Shown here in pieces: positions 6,468-15,499 of a DNA stretch of 15,499 nucleotides; within the stretch, counting starts at the first letter, position 1, and each line of letters starts with the position of its first letter. The stretch is from Armatimonadota bacterium. Its GTDB lineage: Bacteria; Armatimonadota; Armatimonadia; Armatimonadales; Armatimonadaceae. Position numbers and translations under genes: made by a program. The stretch spans positions 1 through 15,499 of the forward strand of contig JAYUUO010000075.1 in assembly GCA_043754515.1 (NCBI GenBank), read 5' to 3'. The notes beneath the pieces are model-generated. The model ran no database searches, was not told the DNA's origin, and saw nothing but the letters and a program-made list of their open reading frames with translations.

Positions 6468-6836
6468 CTACACAGTAAGCGTGCTGGCGATGTCGTTGAT
6501 CTTGTGCCGCGACAGGGCGAGGTTCGCCTTGGTCTTTTCCAGCGCGACGTAGACGAACAGGCCCGCCGAGCCCTTGCCCTTGAGCGGGCGGATGATGTGG
6601 TACTGGGTACCGAGCGTGATCAGGATGTCCTCGATCTCGTCGTTCAAGCCCAGATCCCCCATCGTACGCATCTTAGCCCGTACGACCTCGGTGTTGCCCG
6701 CCGCCGCTACATCCAGGTTGAGCGTGCCGCCGCCGGCTTGTCCCAGGCTCATGCCACTGTCAAGGTCAACGATAGCCGCGCCGATAGCGCCCGGCAGTTG
6801 CATAACCGCCGCGAGTGAGTTCGTCAGGTTTGCCAT
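6468..6836 (-). CDS. Roadblock/LC7-like small protein (122 aa)
   Basis: GAIGAAIVDLDSGM...AAAGNTEVVRAK...IEDILITLGTQYHIIRP...LFVYVALEKTKANLALSR. Start trimmed to ATG 6836 after purine-rich GGAAAG. Confidence 0.8.
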   Translation of the reverse strand: MANLTNSLAAVMQLPGAIGAAIVDLDSGMSLGQAGGGTLNLDVAAAGNTEVVRAKMRTMGDLGLNDEIEDILITLGTQYHIIRPLKGKGSAGLFVYVALEKTKANLALSRHKINDIASTLTV

Positions 6837-6963
6837 TATACTTGTTCTTTCCGTGCCGGATGAGACCGGCCCGTGGTTATTCACGCCGTAGCGCGCCGTC
6901 AGAGTTTGCCCGTGCAAACACCAGGTAACACTCCGAATTCCGTGGGTACGGATGGAGTCTCTT

Positions 6964-7530
6964 TCAAACGTCGCGGTACTCTTCCTCCGCGCTGATGCCG
7001 AGGATTTTCATTGCCACGTCTTCACGCATGAATGGCGGCAACTCCTCGTCACTCTCCTCGGCTGGGAACTTCCCACTCCTGCCGAATAACTTATTGCTCA
7101 CACACCCGAGGCTGAGGGCGCGGATCCGGGCCGCTTCTAAAATATCGTCCGCATCCGGCTCGCTGATCATATTTCCCTCGATCTCGGCGAGTTTACGCCG
7201 TGCCATCACGAGGTTCGCGGTTTGGCGGTCCAACACCAGGTACATGAACAGGTGCGGAGCCTCGGTGCGATTGTGGATCAGGCGTATCAGGTGGTAGTGC
7301 CGATCAAGGGTGATCAGAATGTCTTCGACGCTCTCGTGGTAATGATCCTCCACCATGCGAAGTTTGGCGCGGAGCATTCGCGCGTTGACCAGTGCCGCTG
7401 CCTCCAGCGCGCCAGATGCCGCGGTACCACTACGCTCGAGACACTCGCCGCTCTCGACATCCACGATTGATGCGGTGAGCGCACCTACCTGGGTCATAAC
7501 TGCTTCGACCGCATACCGCAAAACTGTCAT
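6964..7530 (-). CDS. Roadblock/LC7-like paralog with a ~65-aa acidic C-terminal extension
   Basis: Aligns by eye with the neighbouring gene (IVDVESG, RAKLRM, EDILITL..HYHLIR, LFMYLVLD...ANLVMAR). Strong SD AGGAGG. Confidence 0.8.
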   Translation of the reverse strand: MTVLRYAVEAVMTQVGALTASIVDVESGECLERSGTAASGALEAAALVNARMLRAKLRMVEDHYHESVEDILITLDRHYHLIRLIHNRTEAPHLFMYLVLDRQTANLVMARRKLAEIEGNMISEPDADDILEAARIRALSLGCVSNKLFGRSGKFPAEESDEELPPFMREDVAMKILGISAEEEYRDV

Positions 7531-7755
7531 ACCCTCCTACTCCCTCCCACGGGGTCAATCATATGATGGTGACCGAGCGCAGGCAACCCTAATCGGCTGA
7601 TTTACAAGGTATATAACGGGTCTTCATCTTTTTTTCGTTAGGGCGTTTTCGATATATATGCTAGTGTCTCAAAAAACTAGTATATATACTGGCATTTGGC
7701 GACCGGGTAACGCCACGGCATCCCGCGAACTTTCCGCCCTAAATCAGACTTTGCC

Positions 7756-7784
7756 TTGACAGCCGCGCCCGCCCGTCCTACAAT
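7756..7784 (+). promoter_or_regulatory. Sigma70 promoter of smc
   Basis: TTGACA-N17-TACAAT, 33 nt upstream of the ATG. Confidence 0.8.
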
Positions 7785-7817
7785 CGCGTTAGCAACGCCA
7801 CCCGCCGCGCTCCCGCC

Positions 7818-10800
7818 ATGCGTCTCAAACGTCTCACCCTCCACGGCTTCAAAACGTTCGCCGACAAGACCGAAATTTCCTTCGCCCCCGGCGTCACCGC
7901 CATCGTCGGGCCGAACGGTTCCGGCAAATCGAACCTGCTCGACTCTCTCCTCTGGGTGCTCGGCGAACAGAAAAGCTCCGCCCTCCGCGCCGCGAAATCC
8001 TCCGACGTCATCTTCGCCGGTTCCGGCAGGCGTAAGCCGATGGGTATGGCGGAAGTTTCGCTTACCGTGGATAACGAAGATCGGTTCCTGCCGCTCGACT
8101 TCAGCGAGGTGACGGTCACGCGCCGCGCCTATCGCAACGGCGAGACGGAGTATCTGCTCAACAAAACCCAGTGCCGACTTAAAGACATCACCGATCTGTT
8201 TCTTGATACCGGCGTCGGGCGCGGCGCGTACGCCATCGTGAACCAGTCGGAGGTAGACTCGATCCTGTCCGCCCGCCCCGAGGACCGCCGCGAACTGTTC
8301 GAGGAGGCCGCCGGGATTAAAAAGTACCGCGTCAAGAAGCGCGAGGCGCAACGCAAATTGGAGGCGACCGATGCCAACCTGGTGCGCATCCATGACATCG
8401 CATCCGAAGTGGACGCTAATATCGGACCGCTCGCCGCGCAAGCCGCGTCCGCCCGCCGCTTCGCCGAACTGAGCGGACGGCTACGTGAGATCGAGGTCGC
8501 GCAACTCGCCGCCGACTACAAACGGCTCGCCGAGGAGATCGCCGCCTTGCGTGAGCAGGCCGATGCCGCGGACGCCGAAGCCGTTACCGCCCGAGGCGTC
8601 GCCGCCGAGAGCGAGGCGCAAACCGCCGAAACAGGACGCGCCATCGCGGACGCGGAGGCGAGTATGGACACCGTGCGCACCGCCCAACAGGCGGCGATGA
8701 CGCGTACGGAACGCGCCGAGGGGCAGATCGCGCTGTCCGCCGAGCGGCGGGCGTCCGCGCTTAAAACGGTGGGTACGGTCGAGACCGACGTCGCCAATTT
8801 CGGGCGCGAAAAGGAGCGGTTTCAGGAAGAGGCGCGTACTCTAACCGAAGCGACGAAAGAGGCCGACAGCGCGGCGGCAACGGTCGGGCGCGACCTGATA
8901 GTCGCCGAAACCGCCGCCCAGGAAGCGGCCCGCGCACTTGCCGAACTCGGGCGCACCGCAGTCGGTGCGGAAGCCGACTACCTCGCCCTCGCCCGCAAAC
9001 TCGCCGCCCAGAAAGCCGAATGGGAATCGCTACGCGCCCGGATCATCGCGCGGGACGCAGAAGTCACCGACGCCGAAGCGCGCGCGGCTCGACAGGATGC
9101 GGAGGCGGGCACGGCGGGCGAGGAGCTTCATCTCCTCGGCGCGGCGACCGAGACAGCGAAAGCGATACTGGCGGAAACGCGGCGCGTGCTGACCGAGGAG
9201 CGGGAACCGGCGCGGCTGTCGGCGGGCGACGCGGTGACACAGACGGGTGACGCTCGACAGTCTCGGGAGCGGCGTCTCGCGGAACAGGGTGCGCGGCTCC
9301 GTGTCCTGGAGGAGACGGAATCCGCGCTCGAAGGCTACTACGTCGGCGTCAAATCGGTGACGAAGGCGATATCGAGTGGCAAACTATCCGGGCGGTACGA
9401 GCTGGTCGCCGACGCCCTGCGGGTTCCGGCGCACCTCGATACCGCCATCGAAATCGCGCTCGGCGGGTCCCTCCAGGACATCATCACCGACACTGAAGCC
9501 GAGGCGAAAGCGGCCATCCGCTACCTGAATGACACGCGCGGTGGCCGGGCGACGTTCCTGCCGCTCGACGCCCTGCGGCCCCCTGAAGTGCCCGACGCCC
9601 TGCGCAAGGCAGCAAAGCAGTATTCTGGCGTGCTCGGCTCCGCAGCGGACCTAGTCGGGTTCGACGCCGACGTCCGCGCCGCCGTTCACGTGCTTCTGGC
9701 ACGGGTTCTGATCGTGGACGACCTGGACACGGCGACGCGGATGTCGCGGCAACTGGCGCGTGAGTTCGGCAAGATCGTCACGCTCGAAGGCGAGGTCGTG
9801 GTGCCGTCCGGCGCGATAACAGGCGGAGCGCAGGGCAAGCCGGGTCCGAACCTGCTCGGGCGCAAGCGCGAGGTGGGCGAACTAACAGACTCGGTGAAAG
9901 CACTCCGCGCCGAAGTTGACCGCCTGAAAGCATCCGAAGCGAATGCTCGCGCCGCCGAGACCGCCGCGCGGCAGGCGGTCCGCGATGCCGAAGCCGCCGT
10001 GCAAGCCGCCCGCGACGCCGCCGCCGACGCCGAACGCCGGGCGCAGTCGAAACGCGCGGATGCCGAACGGCTCGCCCGCGACGCCGCTACCCTGCGCGAG
10101 CGGGCCAAACAGCTCCGTGATTCGGTCGCGGCGGATCGCGCCCGCGAGGCGAACCTATCCGCCGCTATCACGGACGCGGGCACCGCCGACGAAGGCGCGC
10201 GGACGAGCCGCGAGGAGATTCAGAAGCGGCAGGCGTCGCTCGCGGTCGCCCGCGACGAGGCGCAGGCGCGGGCGCGGAAGCTGTCCGGCGAACTCGCGAC
10301 GCTCAAGGAGCGCGCCCGAACCGTGGCCCGAGACGCCGAACGCGCCCGCGAGAACGCGTTACGGGCGACGATCTCCGCCGAGGAGCGCACGCGCCGCGCG
10401 GACGAAGCCCGCGCCCTGATCGAGCGTGAGGACGCCGGGGCGACCGCGCGGGTCACGGAGCGGGATACAGCGCGGGCGGCACTGTCCGAAAGCACAGGCA
10501 ATCTGGAGATATGGCGGGCACGACGGCAGACACTACTGGCCGAGAACTTCGCTCTGACCGAGCGGATCAAGACCGCCAACATCGGCGCGACGGACGCGGC
10601 GGCACGTTCGGCGGCGGCACGGCAGAAGTCCGCACGCGTCGAGACTCAGGCCGAGCAGTTCGCGGAGCGGCTTTTCGCCGAGTATGAACTGTCGCCCGAG
10701 GACGCGGTGACACAAACCGGCGGGGCACCGGTCGAGAAAGACGTCGCGCTGGAGATAGCACGGCTCCGGCGCGAGATCAAGGCGCTGGGCGTGATCAACA

Positions 10801-11459
10801 GCGGCGCGGTGGAAGAGTACGAGCGGATCTCCGAACGCTCCCGCTTCCTGACCGAGCAACGCGCCGACCTGCTTGCGGCGAAGGAGCGGCTCGCCGCCGC
10901 CATCGCCGAGATTGACGAGAGCACGCGCGGCGTGTTCACCGAAACGTTCCAGGCGGTCGGCGTCGCGTTCGGGAAACTGTTCGCGCGGCTGTTCGGCGGG
11001 GGCACCACGGAACTGGTGCTCACGAACCCCGAGGACATTCTGGAAACGGGCATCGAGATCTTCGCCGAACCGCCGGGCAAGAAGCGTCAGTCACTCGCGC
11101 TACTATCAGGCGGCGAACGGGCGTTAACAGCGACCGCGCTCCTGTTCGCGTTCTTAGAAGTGCGCCCCGCCCCATTCTGCGTACTAGACGAGGTGGACGC
11201 GCCGCTCGACGGCGCGAACGTGGAGAAGTTCGCCGAGCTGTTGCGCGACTTCGGGCGGGACACGAGCGGCGGCGAGGGGGGAAGCGTGGGATCGCAGTTC
11301 ATCGTAATCACGCACAACGCGACCACGATGGAGGCCGCGCCGCTCTGGTTCGGCATCACAATGCAGGAGCCGGGTGTGTCGCGCGGCATCTCGCTGAAGG
11401 TACCCGAGCAGGGCCTGGCAGAGCCGCTCGACGGCGGCGACGGAACAGGGATCAAGTAG
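7818..11459 (+). CDS. smc: Chromosome segregation protein SMC
   Basis: Walker A GPNGSGKS, long coiled coils, hinge (GGRATFLPLD...VTLEGEVVVPSGAITGG), signature LSGGE, Walker B LDEVDAPLD and QFIVITH. Confidence 0.97.
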   Translation: MRLKRLTLHGFKTFADKTEISFAPGVTAIVGPNGSGKSNLLDSLLWVLGEQKSSALRAAKSSDVIFAGSGRRKPMGMAEVSLTVDNEDRFLPLDFSEVTVTRRAYRNGETEYLLNKTQCRLKDITDLFLDTGVGRGAYAIVNQSEVDSILSARPEDRRELFEEAAGIKKYRVKKREAQRKLEATDANLVRIHDIASEVDANIGPLAAQAASARRFAELSGRLREIEVAQLAADYKRLAEEIAALREQADAADAEAVTARGVAAESEAQTAETGRAIADAEASMDTVRTAQQAAMTRTERAEGQIALSAERRASALKTVGTVETDVANFGREKERFQEEARTLTEATKEADSAAATVGRDLIVAETAAQEAARALAELGRTAVGAEADYLALARKLAAQKAEWESLRARIIARDAEVTDAEARAARQDAEAGTAGEELHLLGAATETAKAILAETRRVLTEEREPARLSAGDAVTQTGDARQSRERRLAEQGARLRVLEETESALEGYYVGVKSVTKAISSGKLSGRYELVADALRVPAHLDTAIEIALGGSLQDIITDTEAEAKAAIRYLNDTRGGRATFLPLDALRPPEVPDALRKAAKQYSGVLGSAADLVGFDADVRAAVHVLLARVLIVDDLDTATRMSRQLAREFGKIVTLEGEVVVPSGAITGGAQGKPGPNLLGRKREVGELTDSVKALRAEVDRLKASEANARAAETAARQAVRDAEAAVQAARDAAADAERRAQSKRADAERLARDAATLRERAKQLRDSVAADRAREANLSAAITDAGTADEGARTSREEIQKRQASLAVARDEAQARARKLSGELATLKERARTVARDAERARENALRATISAEERTRRADEARALIEREDAGATARVTERDTARAALSESTGNLEIWRARRQTLLAENFALTERIKTANIGATDAAARSAAARQKSARVETQAEQFAERLFAEYELSPEDAVTQTGGAPVEKDVALEIARLRREIKALGVINSGAVEEYERISERSRFLTEQRADLLAAKERLAAAIAEIDESTRGVFTETFQAVGVAFGKLFARLFGGGTTELVLTNPEDILETGIEIFAEPPGKKRQSLALLSGGERALTATALLFAFLEVRPAPFCVLDEVDAPLDGANVEKFAELLRDFGRDTSGGEGGSVGSQFIVITHNATTMEAAPLWFGITMQEPGVSRGISLKVPEQGLAEPLDGGDGTGIK

Positions 11460-11519
11460 CCGTGGGGTGCTGAAATCGCGGCGGGACCCGTCCGTGCGCA
11501 TGGCGACATCTGGCCCGGC

Positions 11520-11572
11520 CCTTCGCTGGTCGGGCTCCGGGCTATGGGCGCGCGGAGCCCGACTAGCGAAGG
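11520..11572. repeat. Long intergenic inverted repeat (20-bp stem)
   Basis: CCTTCGCTGGTCGGGCTCCG-N13-CGGAGCCCGACTAGCGAAGG, 19/20 Watson-Crick pairs plus one G-U. Confidence 0.75.
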
Positions 11573-11668
11573 CCTCCCTCTACACGTTCCAGGCGGCGTA
11601 AGCGGAGGAGCAGGCAGTGCTCCCCGCGAGAACCTGACCCCTCGTAAAACCCGCATCCGCGAAACCAT

Positions 11669-11698
11669 TTAACGAACCCGATGATCCGGCGATATAAT
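11669..11698 (+). promoter_or_regulatory. Putative sigma70 promoter upstream of rsgA
   Basis: TTAACG-N18-TATAAT (perfect -10 at 11693-11698). Confidence 0.55.
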
Positions 11699-11746
11699 AG
11701 GCAATGACAAATAATCTCCTTGCCTTGACCGGAAAGCCGGGTCTGT

Positions 11747-12718
11747 TTGAGTAGCGGCGTCGTCGTGCGAGCCGGACGCGGTTTGTATACCGTGCAGACC
11801 GATACCGGGCGGGTCTTTCCGTGCAAACTACGCGGCAACCTGAAGAAGAACCTGACCTATCCCGAGTCAACGAATGTTCGGCACCGCGTCGAGGAAGCCA
11901 AGAAACGGCGCGAAACGAACCCACTCGCTATCGGGGATCGCGTCGAGATCGAGGTGGACGAGTCGGGGACGACGGGCGTGATCGAGTCCATCGCCGAGCG
12001 GACGTCCGCGCTGACCCGCCGCTCCGGGAACGAGCGCGAGCGTCAGACTATTGTCGCCAATCTGGACCTCGCCATCGTCACGTTCGCCCTGCGCGACCCG
12101 CAGGTGGACACATGGAAACTGGACCGCTTTCTGGTGCTCGCCGAGGACGCGGACGTTAACGCGCTGATCGTGATGAATAAGACCGAACTCGCCGACGAAG
12201 CCGCTCTAGAAGGAATAGCCGCCGACTACCGGCGCATCGGGTACCCGGTGCTGGGAACCTCCGCGCGAACCGGAGCGGGCATTGAGGCGTTGCGCGACCA
12301 ACTCAAAGGCAAGATCGCTGCGTTCTGCGGGCCGTCCGGCGTCGGCAAATCCTCGCTCCTCAACGCCCTGCAACCGGGCCTGAAACTCAAGACCGCAGAG
12401 GTCGGCGAGATAACACACCTCGGGCGGCACACAACGGTCGCGGCGGAACTGATCCCACTCCTTTTCGGCGGCTGGGTCGCGGACACGCCGGGCCTGCGCC
12501 AAGTCGAGTTCTGGGATTTGCCCGTCGAGGATGTCGCGTTCTGCTTCCCCGAAATGGAGCCGCTGATGGGCCGTTGTAAGTTCGCGGACTGCCGCCACCG
12601 CACGGAACCCGGTTGCGCGATCCGGGCGGCGGTCGAGAGCGGCGCGATCAGCGAGCGGCGGTACCTGTCGTATATCCAGATGACCGAGCCGGCTACGCAC
12701 GCGTCCGACCGCGCCTGA
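11747..12718 (+). CDS. rsgA: Ribosome small subunit-dependent GTPase A
   Basis: N-terminal OB fold (AIGDRV), circularly permuted GTPase (NKTE, GPSGVGKSS, GRHTT, DTPG) and zinc finger CKFADCRHRTEPGC. TTG start. Confidence 0.95.
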   Translation: MSSGVVVRAGRGLYTVQTDTGRVFPCKLRGNLKKNLTYPESTNVRHRVEEAKKRRETNPLAIGDRVEIEVDESGTTGVIESIAERTSALTRRSGNERERQTIVANLDLAIVTFALRDPQVDTWKLDRFLVLAEDADVNALIVMNKTELADEAALEGIAADYRRIGYPVLGTSARTGAGIEALRDQLKGKIAAFCGPSGVGKSSLLNALQPGLKLKTAEVGEITHLGRHTTVAAELIPLLFGGWVADTPGLRQVEFWDLPVEDVAFCFPEMEPLMGRCKFADCRHRTEPGCAIRAAVESGAISERRYLSYIQMTEPATHASDRA

Positions 12719-12816
12719 GTGGGGGCTGAGGGCAGGCACCATTCCGGGTAAATATTACGTGGTACCTGCCGGTGGCCTCTTCGCTTCCGGTTTTCCTTCC
12801 GGTACAATCCGGGACA

Positions 12817-15192
12817 ATGGCTCTCAAAAAATCCGAACTCTATTCCAGACTGTGGCGCAGTTGCGACGCCTTGCGGGGCGGAATGGATGCCTCCCAGTAC
12901 AAGGATTATGTACTGTCTCTTCTTTTCGTGAAGTACGTTTCCGACAAATACGGCAACGACCCCGATGGCGCGCTTATCGTGCCACCGGGCGGTAGTTTCG
13001 CCGATATGGTCGCGCTCAAAGGCACTAAAGAGATCGGCGACCGGCTCAACAAAGTGCTCGGCGAACTGGCGAAAGCGAATGATCTTCAAGGCGTGATTGA
13101 TGCCGCCGACTTCAACGACGCGGAGAAACTCGGCAAAGACAGGGCGATGGTGGACCGCCTGACGAACCTCGTCAGTCTGTTCGAGGATCTCGACTTCAGC
13201 CGCAATCAGGCCGGGGGCGATGACCTGCTGGGTGACGCTTACGAGTTTTTGATGCGCCACTTCGCCACCGAATCCGGCAAGTCGAAGGGGCAGTTTTACA
13301 CGCCCGCCGAAGTGTCGCAGGTGATGGCGCGGGTAATCGGCCTCGGCGCGGCGACCGCCACGAGCCAGACGATTTATGATCCGACGTGCGGCTCCGGGTC
13401 ACTCCTCTTGAAGGCGCATGACGAGGCGCAGACGCGCACCGGCCACAACCTTGCAATTTACGGGCAGGAGATGGACAACGCGACCGTCGCGCTCGCCAAG
13501 ATGAACATGATCCTGCATAGTTGCCCGACCGCCGAAATCTGGCAGGATAACACGCTGTCACACCCGCATTGGGCAACCGGGCCGGACTTGAAGCGGCACG
13601 ACTTCGCGCTCGCCAATCCCCCATTTTCTACGAAGGCATGGGCGAGCGGCATTGACCCCTTGCGCGATACGTGGGGGCGGTTCGCCTTCGGCGTGCCGCC
13701 CGCGAAGAACGGCGACTATGCGTTCCTGCTCCACATCCTCGCGTCGCTCAAATCCACGGGCAAGGGCGCGGTGATCCTGCCGCACGGCGTTCTGTTTCGC
13801 GGCAATGCCGAGGGAGGCATCCGCGCCAATATCGTGCGGAACGGCTACATCAAGGGCATTATCGGCCTGCCCGCGAACCTGTTTTATGGCACGGGCATTC
13901 CGGCGTGTATCATCGTTCTGGACAAAGCGGGCGCACAGGCGCGGGACGGCATATTTATGGTGGACGCGTCGCGCGGCTTCAAAAAGGACGGCAACAAGAA
14001 CCGGCTCCGCGCCCGCGATATTCACAAGATCGTGGACGTGTTCACCCGCGAGGCCGAAGTTCCCGGCTACTCCCGGCGCGTGCCGCTGGACGAGATAGTG
14101 CGCAACGGTTTCAACCTGAACCTGCCGCGATACATTGACGCGAGCGACCCGGAGGACATACACGATATCGGCGCGCACTTGCACGGCGGGATTCCGGCGC
14201 GGGACGTGGACGCCCTCGCGCCGTTCTGGGACGTATTCCCCGAAGTGCGCGAAGCGGTGTTCGTCGAGTCGCGCCCCGGCTACCTCGAAGCGCGCGTGCC
14301 GGTCGGCGAGGTCAGAGCAGCGATCTTCTCGCACCCACAGTTCCGCACGTTCCACTACGAAATTATGGCGATTTTCGACGCGTGGAAACTGGCGACCGCG
14401 CCGAAACTCCTGGCCTTGCAAAAGGGCGATGCTCCGAAGCCGTTCGTGGAGTCGGTGTCGGAGAGTCTGCTCACGGCGTTTCTTTCGGCGCGGCTCGTTG
14501 ATGCGTATTCGGTGTATCAACATTTCATGGACTACGCCGCCGAAACCCTGCAAGACGACGTGTACCAGATCGCGCAAGCCGGTTGGCGCGGCGTAATTGA
14601 CGGCGCGGCGAACACCGAACTCATCCCCGCCCCGCTCGTGATCGCGCGGTACTTCGCGGGCGAGCAAGCCGAAATCGAGCAGTACGCGGCGGTGCGTGAT
14701 GCCGTGGTTCGCGCCCTGGAGGAACTGGATGAGGAGTACGGGGGTGAGGACGGTCTGTTATCGGAGGCGAAGCCGGACGTAAACAAGAAGCCGACGAAGC
14801 AGACCCTTACCGCGCGGCTCAAAGTCATCGGGCACGACAAAGTGTACGCCGACGAGCGCACAATTCTACTCGGTTACGCGGAGCGACTGACGGAACTGGC
14901 CACGGCAAGCAAAGCGGTCGCCGAGGCTCAGAAGTGTCTCGACGACGCCGTGGGCGCGAAGTACGCCGCGCTGACCGAGGACGAAGCACGCGAGTTGGTG
15001 GTACGGGATAAGTGGCTCCCGGCGATCGAGGCGGGCGCGACGCAGGAGCTGGATCGCGTGTCGCAAACCCTGACCGGGCGCGTCAAGCAACTCGCGGAGC
15101 GGTACGCGACGGCTCTGCCGGAGTTGACCGCGAATGTGGCCGCGCTGTCGGCGCGGGTGGACGCGCATTTGTCACGGATGGGAGTGCAGTAG
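12817..15192 (+). CDS. hsdM: Type I restriction-modification methyltransferase subunit M (long C-terminal form)
   Basis: MALKKSELYS..W..CD.LRGGMDASQYKDY N-terminus, GQFYTP, IYDPTCGSGSLL, ANPPF (m6A motif IV) and PHGVLFRG. Start trimmed to ATG 12817, 8 nt after TACAAT (12803-12808). Confidence 0.95.
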   Translation: MALKKSELYSRLWRSCDALRGGMDASQYKDYVLSLLFVKYVSDKYGNDPDGALIVPPGGSFADMVALKGTKEIGDRLNKVLGELAKANDLQGVIDAADFNDAEKLGKDRAMVDRLTNLVSLFEDLDFSRNQAGGDDLLGDAYEFLMRHFATESGKSKGQFYTPAEVSQVMARVIGLGAATATSQTIYDPTCGSGSLLLKAHDEAQTRTGHNLAIYGQEMDNATVALAKMNMILHSCPTAEIWQDNTLSHPHWATGPDLKRHDFALANPPFSTKAWASGIDPLRDTWGRFAFGVPPAKNGDYAFLLHILASLKSTGKGAVILPHGVLFRGNAEGGIRANIVRNGYIKGIIGLPANLFYGTGIPACIIVLDKAGAQARDGIFMVDASRGFKKDGNKNRLRARDIHKIVDVFTREAEVPGYSRRVPLDEIVRNGFNLNLPRYIDASDPEDIHDIGAHLHGGIPARDVDALAPFWDVFPEVREAVFVESRPGYLEARVPVGEVRAAIFSHPQFRTFHYEIMAIFDAWKLATAPKLLALQKGDAPKPFVESVSESLLTAFLSARLVDAYSVYQHFMDYAAETLQDDVYQIAQAGWRGVIDGAANTELIPAPLVIARYFAGEQAEIEQYAAVRDAVVRALEELDEEYGGEDGLLSEAKPDVNKKPTKQTLTARLKVIGHDKVYADERTILLGYAERLTELATASKAVAEAQKCLDDAVGAKYAALTEDEARELVVRDKWLPAIEAGATQELDRVSQTLTGRVKQLAERYATALPELTANVAALSARVDAHLSRMGVQ

Positions 15193-15279
15193 GCTTTGGG
15201 TGTTGGGTTAACGAGGTGTGTGGATTCGGCGGCTTGCTCTACATCGCCCGAAAGTTGTGTGTCCGTTGCCTGAAACAGA

Positions 15280-15303
15280 GAAAGCCGCCCGGAGGCGGCT
15301 TTC
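15280..15303. terminator. Bidirectional terminator-like hairpin downstream of hsdM
   Basis: Perfect GAAAGCCGCC-CGGA-GGCGGCTTTC with short U-runs on both strands. Confidence 0.55.
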
Positions 15304-15499
15304 AGAGCGCACGTCGTAACGTCCGCGGGTACTGACTCAGTGTACCGTAAGTTTGACGATTGTCAACGACGTGGGGTTGCTATTCGGAGATCGCGCGTCG
15401 TCGCCGCGCCGCGCTACCCCGGACCGGGGAGCCGGTGAAGCTTCGCCCGCCTCGTCGGACTCCCACCCCCCTAACCCCCCTCCCTCAATCCTTGAGAGA

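Noticed and set aside
7677..8441. 254-aa minus-strand ORF
   Set aside because: Antisense shadow of smc, typical of high-GC coding DNA.
12226..14667. 344-aa and 369-aa minus-strand ORFs
   Set aside because: Antisense shadows of rsgA/hsdM with no independent motifs.
1..15499. CRISPR array, transposase or integrase
   Set aside because: No regularly spaced direct repeats or recombinase/transposase motifs seen.

Overview
GC-rich bacterial chromosomal window. Left part (minus strand): tRNA-Arg(UCG), a WGR-domain ATP-dependent ligase, and three atypical tRNA-Leu genes (UAG, UAA, GAG). These three are preceded by an unannotated 24-aa leucine-rich leader peptide and a classical 1:2/2:3/3:4 transcription attenuator. 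This apparent leucine-codon-sensing attenuator controlling a complete backup set of tRNA-Leu genes is the most striking feature. Then follow DUF1289, an NRAMP-family transporter and DUF1003 (plus strand), and YceI, a secreted protein and two tandem roadblock-like paralogs (minus strand). The right part carries smc, rsgA and a type I R-M methyltransferase (hsdM) with no hsdS immediately after it. All calls are by eye from motifs and base-pairing; no searches were run.
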